A stretch of 64,000 nt of DNA from Candidatus Edwardsbacteria bacterium. GTDB taxonomy: Bacteria; Edwardsbacteria; AC1; EtOH8. The stretch covers positions 12,515 to 76,514 of the forward strand of contig JALOPJ010000001.1 of assembly GCA_025453955.1 (NCBI GenBank), in the 5' to 3' direction. Of the stretch, positions 57,693 through 64,000 are shown one piece after another (positions within the stretch are counted from its first letter, which is position 1; each line of letters begins with the position of its first letter). The position numbers and the translations under genes were made by a program. The notes beneath the pieces are model-generated. The model saw nothing but the letters and a program-made list of their open reading frames with translations. It searched no databases and was not told the origin of the DNA.

Positions 57693-60600
57693 CAGCGATT
57701 CCTGGCTGCGGCTCGCCGCTCTTGAGCGGGACGCCCAGCCAGTCGACCGACGGGCTGCCGATGGTGGCGATCCCCTTGTCCAGCTGGATCCGCTCGGCCC
57801 CGTCGCCCGTCAGGAACAGCGGCTCCCCGGTGGTGATGATGTAGTCGGTCAGCCCGTTGGCCAGCTCCCGCGGCGGCGGCGGCGAGTCCATCTCGTCGAT
57901 GAAGTAGGGGAAGCTGACCCGGCGGGTGGCCGGATCGTAGAGGGCGATGAAGAAGTTCGGGGTGTAGATCAGCGCCTCGATCACCCGGTGCACCGCCGCG
58001 TAGAATTCCTGGAGGTCCCCGGCGGTGTTGGTGATCTCCTCGATGCGGTAGAGCGCTGCCTGCAGGGCCTCCGACTGCTTGCGTTCGCTGATGTCGCGGC
58101 TGTTGATGATGATCCCGCTGACCACCGGGTCCCGCAGCAGGTTGTTGCCGACCGATTCCAGGTAGACCCAGGTGCCGTCGGCCCGCCGGGCCCGGTACTC
58201 GATCTGCCGGATCAGCCCCGGCTGGTCGAGGTGGCTCTGCAGCGCGTCCATCACCCGGGGGCGGTCGTCGGGATGGACCAGGTCGTAGGCGCTGGTCCCC
58301 AGCAGGGCGCCGGGATCGTACCCCAGCACGTGGGTCGACTCGTAGGTGATGGTCCCGGCCGCGTCGACCACGATGATGTCGTCGCTGGAGTGCTGCACCA
58401 TGGCCCGGAACCGCTCCTCGCTGCGGGCCAGCGCCGCCACGGCCCGCCGCCGCTCGTCGATGTCCATCAGGGTCAGGCAGACGCCGTAGACCTGCCCGGA
58501 GGCGTCGTGCACGGGGTTGAAGCCCGCCTCGAACCAGTGCTGTTCCCCCTGGCGCACGAACGGCAGTTCGGCCGCCAGCGACCGGCCCTGCTTGGCGGTG
58601 TTGATCTGCGCGGTGAACCCGTCGGCCTGGTCGGGTGCGAGGTAATAGTAGATCAGGTCGTCCTGCCGCAGCGCCCGGCCGCAGTAGGCCTGGGACCAGT
58701 CCGCCGCCCGGCTGTTGAACGACTTGATCTTCTGGTGGAGGTCCAGCAGGATGAACACCTGGTTGCTGCTGTTGAACACGGCCCGCAGGTCGGCCTCCGA
58801 CCGCCGCAGCGCCTCCTGGGTGCGCTTGCGCTCCAGCGCCACGGCCACCTGCTGGGCGACGTAGGTCAGGATCTCCTTGTCGCGTTCGACGAAGAACATG
58901 CTGTCCGCGTAACTCTGCACCACCAGCGCGCCGATGGTGGCCTGGGACGTCTTGAGCGGCACCGCCAGCAGCGCGGTGGGCAGGGCCCCCTGGATGTCGA
59001 CCGCCGACTCGTCCATCAGCTTGCGGAGGTGCTCGCGGAACGCCAGCAGCGGCTGGTTGTGGCGGATGATGTACTCGGTCAGGCCGCGGCCCATGCGGCG
59101 CGACTGGGGCGGCAGGTCGAACTCGTCGACGAAGTACGGGTAGGTCAACTGCTGGGTGGCGGGATCGAGCAGGCAGATGAAGAAGTTCCGGGCGTACATC
59201 AGCTCCGCCACCACCCGGTGGATCCCGGCGAAGAACTCCCCCATGTCGCCCGCGGCGTTGGTCAGCTCGGACAGCTTGTAGATGGCGTGCTGCAGCTGGT
59301 CGGCCTGGCGCCGCTCGGTGACGTCGCGCGAGTTGATGATCACGCCGTTGATCACCGGGTCGGCGATCAGGTTCTGGGCGATGTGCTCCAGCGTGCGCCA
59401 GGACCCGTCGGCGTGCCGGATGCGGCATTCCACCGGCGGCAACGGCCCGACCAGCGACAGGTTGCGCCGCAGCGTGCGGCGGACCGCCGGGACGTCGTCG
59501 GGGTGCACCAGGGACAGCAGCGGCCGCCCGGCCACCGCGTCGGGCGCCAGCCCCAGCACGGTCCCCGCCGACGGGCTGGCATAGCGGATGGTCTGGTCGG
59601 CGTCGACGATGGTGATGATGTCGCTGGAGTTCTTGAGCAGGGCCCGAAAGCGCTCCTCGTTGTTGCGCAGGTCCTCGTCGGCCCGTTTGCGCTCGCTGAC
59701 GTCCTGCGTCAGGCTGACCACCCGGTCCACGACCCCGTCCCGGCCGGTGATCCCGTAGATCTGCTGGGAGATCCAGGTGACGCTGCCGTCGTCCTGGTCC
59801 ACCACCCGCAGCTCGGGGAAGGCCAGGGTGCCGCCGCGGTCGAACACCTCGGCCACCCGCGCCGTGTCGACGCCCCAGGAAGCGTATGACCGGATGATCG
59901 TCTCCATGTCCACCTGGCGCACCCGCGGGATATCGGCGTCGGTGATCCGGCAGATGCGCTGCCAGGCCCCGTTGTGGATCAGCAGCCGGCCGGCGCGGTC
60001 GCGCACGGTGATCCCGACCGGGGAATGCTCGATCACCGTGCGGCTGAACTCCTCGCTCTGGCGCAGCTGCAGCTCGGCCCACTTGCGCTGGATAGCCAGC
60101 GCTGCCTGGTTGATGATGGTCTCGACCACCGGCCGGTTCTCGATGGTGTCGCCCTGCCGCAGCAGCACGACCACGCCGCCGTAGAGCCGGCCCTCGATGG
60201 TGAACCCCATGCTCTGCACCTGGCGCACGCCCAGCAGGCGCTCGACGGCCCGGCAGACGGCACGGGGCAGCCGGCGGGCCGACAGCGTGTGCAGCCCCCC
60301 GGGAACCGCCATCAGCTTGCCGCTGGTGAACCAGCCCAGCTCCTCGGCGGTCATCTCGTCGGTGCGGATGGCCAGCGTCCGGGGCTCCAGCCCCAGCGCC
60401 TCGGTGACCCGTCCCAGCTGCTGCTCGAACCCCCAGCTGCTGTGGATCCGGATCGTCCCGTCGTCGGGTTCGTACCGGCAGATGATCAGGTACGGGCCGT
60501 TGGTCAGCTCGCGGAGCACCTCCCCGAGGTACTGGAAGATCCCCTCGATCCCGTCCATCGAGTTCAACAGCGACGTCGTCTCGTAGAGCACCGACAGCTC

Positions 60601-61386
60601 CCGCAGGTACTGCCGCTCCTTCTCCTCGGCCAGCCGCCGGGAGGAGATGTCCTCGACCCATCCCTCGTAGTAGAGGACGCTGCCGTCCGCGGCCCGCACC
60701 GCCGTCGCGCTCTCCCGGACGACGATCCGCTGCCCGTCCCTGGCGCGCCAAATCGATTCGTGGTTGGCCACGTGGCCGTCGCGGTCGAGTGCGGCGAAGA
60801 ACGATTCCCGGTCGGGTGCCGGCGCCATCGCCTGCTGTTGCAGGTTGATCCGGGCCAGGCCCTCGAACGAATCGTACCGCAGCATCCGCACCAACGCCGG
60901 ATTGGCATAGAGCACCGCCCCCGCCGGCGTCGTCTGGTATACCCCGCTCGGCAGGTTCTCCAGCAGCTCGCGGTTGCGCCGTTCGCTCTCGGCCAGCGCC
61001 TGTTCGGCCTGCCGCCGCAGCAGCGAGTTGCTGATGGCGCCGGGCAGGGCGGTCAGGTAGTGGCGGTCGTGGTCCTTGATGATGTAGTCGTAGGCGCCCT
61101 GCCGCAGCGCCCGCGCCGCGATGGCCTCGTCGCCGTGGCCGGTGACGAAGATCACGGGGGTGCCGCCGGCGCGGTGCAGCACGTCGAGCCCCGTCCCCTC
61201 CCCCAGCAGGTAATCGGACAGGATCACGTCGTAGCGGTGCCCCCCGATCGATGCCAGCGCCTCGGCCAATGAACCGGCATCGGTCACCTCGTACGGCAGC
61301 CGCTGTTCGTCGAAAAAACGCCGCATGGCGGCCCGGTCGACCGGGTCGTCGTCGATCAGCAGGATGGCGTATCGGTGTTCGGTCAT
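57693..61386 (-). pseudogene. N-terminal portion (REC + multiple PAS/GAF modules) of the same giant hybrid sensor kinase, separated from the kinase core by a frameshift/deletion
   Basis: Start MTEHRYAILLIDDDPVDRAAMRRFF (receiver domain). This is followed by at least 5 PAS and 3 GAF domains in tandem repeat units. The reading frame of the 1854-aa track ORF leaves the homologous frame at about 57,700 (…VDWLGVPLKSGE then nonsense). Confidence 0.7.
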
Positions 61387-61408
61387 CGTCGCCGTTCGTC
61401 GCATGGCA

Positions 61409-62608
61409 TCAGCTGGCATCTCGTCGCAGGGTGCGGGCCCGGACCACCGCCCGCCGCCCGAAGCGTTCCCGCACGGTGTCCACCGCGGCGTCGACGGTGC
61501 GCCGCCTGCCGCGGAGGGGATCGTCGGCGGCGAACAGGTCCGGGGGGCGACCGCTGCCGCCGAAGTTGGTGACCGTAACGCCGACCAGCCGCAGCGGGCG
61601 CGTCCGGTCGCCGTGCGCCTGCAGCAGCCCCCGGGCCGCCGTGTAGAGGCCGATGGTCTCGTCCAGCCCCTCCGCCACCGTGGCACGGTGGGTGTGGGTC
61701 TCGAAGCCCTGGTAGCGCAGCTTGAGGGTGATCGTCCGGCCCCGCAGGCCCTGCCGCCGCAGCCGGGCGGCGACGCGGTCGCACAGCTCCAGCAGGGTCC
61801 GGACGATCTGTTCGCGGTCGGCCGTGTCCCGGTCGAACGTCAGCTCGGCGCCCAGCGATTTCTCCCCTCGCCCGCCGCTCACCGGGTCGTCGTCCTCGCC
61901 GGCGGCGCAGCGCTGCAGCCAGCGGCCCGATTCCCCGAACCGCGCCGCCAGCGCCGCCGGGTCCAGCGCCGCCAGCTGGCCGATCTCACCGACGCCCAGT
62001 TGCAACAGCGCCGCCTCGGTCGCCGGGCCGACGCCCCACAACCGCCGGATCGGCAGCGGCGCCAGGAAGGCCCGCGCGTCGCCGGCCGCGACCACCACCA
62101 GGCCGTCGGGCTTGCGCAGGTCGGAGGCGATCTTGGCCACCAGCTTGTTGGGCCCGATCCCCACCGACGCCGTCAGCCCGGTGCGCTGGCGGACGGCGGC
62201 CTTGATCCGGGCGCCGGTCTGATGAGCGTCGCCCCACAACCGCCGGCAGCCGCTGAGGTCGAGGAAGGCCTCGTCCACCGACACCTGCTCGACCAGGGGA
62301 GTGAAGCCTTCCAGCACGGCCATCACCTGGCCGGACACCTCGCCGTAGCGCCGCATCCGGCCCGGCAGGAACGCGGCGCCGGGACAGAGCCGGTAGGCCT
62401 GCGAGATCGGCATCGCCGAATGCACGCCGAACCGCCGCGCCTCGTATGATGCCGCCGAGACCACGCCCCGCCCCGCCCCGTTCCTGGGGTCGGCGCCGAC
62501 GATCACCGGCCGGCCGCGCAGCGACGGATCGTCCATCACCTCGACCGCCGTGAAGAACGCGTCCATGTCCACGTGGGCGATCACCCGTTCGCCGGATGCG
62601 TCCGTCAT
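61409..62608 (-). CDS. dinB: DNA polymerase IV (Y-family)
   Basis: IAHVDMDAFFTAVE, SVDEAFLD, and little-finger domain. 399 aa. Confidence 0.9.
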   Translation of the reverse strand: MTDASGERVIAHVDMDAFFTAVEVMDDPSLRGRPVIVGADPRNGAGRGVVSAASYEARRFGVHSAMPISQAYRLCPGAAFLPGRMRRYGEVSGQVMAVLEGFTPLVEQVSVDEAFLDLSGCRRLWGDAHQTGARIKAAVRQRTGLTASVGIGPNKLVAKIASDLRKPDGLVVVAAGDARAFLAPLPIRRLWGVGPATEAALLQLGVGEIGQLAALDPAALAARFGESGRWLQRCAAGEDDDPVSGGRGEKSLGAELTFDRDTADREQIVRTLLELCDRVAARLRRQGLRGRTITLKLRYQGFETHTHRATVAEGLDETIGLYTAARGLLQAHGDRTRPLRLVGVTVTNFGGSGRPPDLFAADDPLRGRRRTVDAAVDTVRERFGRRAVVRARTLRRDAS

Positions 62609-62635
62609 GATGCGGCCGTTCAGGGGGCCGTTCCG

Positions 62636-63337
62636 CTACTTGGCGGGGACCGTCTGGCTGTCGAGGGCCGCCGGCGCGATCTCCCGGTCGATCTTGCCGG
62701 ATCCGCCGTCCCAGCCGATGGCGAAGTCGTCCATGGTCGACGAGACCGCCAACTCGCCCGACTGGCCCGGCTCCGTCGTCAGCGCATAGGCCGCCCGCCG
62801 CAGCTGCCGGTCGTTCCAGACCCGCAGGTTCAGCCGCGCCTGGTCGGCGCCGACGGCCCGGATCCGCAGTTCCACCACGTCGCCGCCGGTGAACTCGGCC
62901 CTGGTCTCCCCGTCCTTCAGGGTGTACTTGAAGTTGGGGATGCGGCGGGTCACGGCGAACTCGCCGGCGCTGCCGGTCTCCTGCATCCTGGCCTTCATCT
63001 CCTCGAGGCTGGTCCGCTCCTGGGGATGGAGGTTGGGATTGCTCAGCGCCAGCTGCACCACCGGCAGGTACTCCTCGGCGGTGGCCGGTCCGGTGTGCCG
63101 GTCCTCGCTGTCGTAGAAATGGAGCTCGACCGCCCCGCTGGCCTCGACCGAGAACCCGTGCATCGTTGCCGGATCGACCCGTTTGGCCGCGGTGTCCGCC
63201 GGCGCCGCGGCCGGCAGCGAATCGAGCTTCATGCCGGTCTTGGAGGTGAACCCGGCGTCGCCGGGCTGCCGGGAGCAGCTGCCGGACAGCAGCAGGGCCC
63301 CGGCCAGGATCGTCGCCAGTGAATGTGCGCGGTTCAT
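62636..63337 (-). CDS. Hypothetical lipoprotein
   Basis: Start MNRAHSLATILAGALLLSGSC with a lipobox (LSGSC), no recognisable domain. Overlaps the nth stop by 4 nt. Confidence 0.55.
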   Translation of the reverse strand: MNRAHSLATILAGALLLSGSCSRQPGDAGFTSKTGMKLDSLPAAAPADTAAKRVDPATMHGFSVEASGAVELHFYDSEDRHTGPATAEEYLPVVQLALSNPNLHPQERTSLEEMKARMQETGSAGEFAVTRRIPNFKYTLKDGETRAEFTGGDVVELRIRAVGADQARLNLRVWNDRQLRRAAYALTTEPGQSGELAVSSTMDDFAIGWDGGSGKIDREIAPAALDSQTVPAK

Positions 63338-63963
63338 GATCGCTCCTTGCTGTGATGCCAAGTGCAGTGTCGCTGGATGGGGCAGGCCGGACAGGCTGGC
63401 CGGCCGGGATGGCAGACCGCCCGGCCGTGGGCAATGAGGTTGAGATGCAACGAAAGCACCAGCCGGTCGGGCACCAGCCGGCGGAACCGCTCCTGGAAGG
63501 CGGCGGGCGTCTCGCCGGGTCGCGCCCAGCCCAAGCGCTGCGAAATCCTGGCGATGTGGGTGTCGACCGGGAAGATCGGCGTCCCCTGGCCGAACAGCAG
63601 CGTGCAGGCTGCCGTTTTCGGCCCCACGCCCGCCAGCGACAGCAGGTAGCGGTAGGCGTCCTCCGCCGGCAGGCGCCGCAGCGGCTCGAGCGTCGGCCGG
63701 CCGAACCGCCGGGCGAACTCCGACAGCAGCGCCTTGATCCGCACCGCCTTGATGTTGGCCAACCCTCCCGACGCGATCGGGGCGGCGACCGCGCGCACCG
63801 GGGCGTCCATCACGAGATCCCAGCGGGGGAACCGGCGCCGCAGCGCCAGGTATGCCCGGTGGCTGTTGCGGTCGTTGGTGTTCTGCGACAGCACGGTCTC
63901 GACCAGCACGTCCAGCAGCGGCCGGCGGCGCGCCCGCCGGGGCCGGCCGTAGCGGCGCGCCAA
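63334..63963 (-). CDS. nth: Endonuclease III-like HhH-GPD DNA glycosylase with 4Fe-4S cluster
   Basis: HhH motif (LSLAGVGPKTAACTLLFG) and a C-x6-C-x2-C-x5-C cluster (CHPGRPACPACPIQRHC). The N-terminus lies close to the window edge. Confidence 0.75.
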   Translation of the reverse strand: MARRYGRPRRARRRPLLDVLVETVLSQNTNDRNSHRAYLALRRRFPRWDLVMDAPVRAVAAPIASGGLANIKAVRIKALLSEFARRFGRPTLEPLRRLPAEDAYRYLLSLAGVGPKTAACTLLFGQGTPIFPVDTHIARISQRLGWARPGETPAAFQERFRRLVPDRLVLSLHLNLIAHGRAVCHPGRPACPACPIQRHCTWHHSKERS

Positions 63964-64000
63964 CGCCGCCGCCGCCGCGCTGATCGTGCCCCGGGACGGC

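Overview
This is a high-GC (about 70%) bacterial chromosomal segment in which every protein-coding gene I can support lies on the minus strand; the only convincing plus-strand gene is a small structured RNA. From low to high coordinates the window holds:
(1) The upstream end of a V-type ATPase operon (proteolipid K partial, subunit I, a G/H-like stalk subunit), preceded by a Roadblock/LC7 protein and a J-domain/TPR protein.
(2) tRNA-Leu(GAG).
(3) A housekeeping block: rng, coaX, birA, a membrane protein, ispG, rpsA, ispH, plsC, cmk, hisC.
(4) Divergent from ispG, a perfect consensus sigma70 promoter driving a roughly 230-nt structured non-coding RNA with a 13-bp terminal stem and an intrinsic terminator. 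I read this as a 6S-like (or CsrB-like) sRNA candidate.
(5) A secreted subtilase with a T9SS-type C-terminal sorting domain, which hints at the FCB superphylum (Gemmatimonadota/Eisenbacteria-like).
(6) A roughly 32-kb, 31-gene polysaccharide (O-antigen/EPS) locus running 17.6-49.7 kb, driven by a near-consensus promoter upstream of wza. It carries two Wzx flippases (one fused to a SAM methyltransferase), two Wzy-like proteins, two Wzz/PCP proteins, a WaaL-type ligase, WbaP, many GT2/GT4 transferases, fcl, epimerases, and an N-acyl amino-sugar module (FabH, FabG-like SDR, GNAT, WbqC, DegT and a short DegT paralog).
(7) A FAD-dependent oxidoreductase, rmlC, an SDR and thymidine phosphorylase.
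(8) A signalling module: CheX, a REC-REC-HD-GYP response regulator, and a giant REC/multi-PAS-GAF hybrid histidine kinase that is broken by a frameshift or roughly 120-bp deletion inside its tandem repeats.
(9) dinB, a lipoprotein and nth.
I see no CRISPR array, transposase or integrase.
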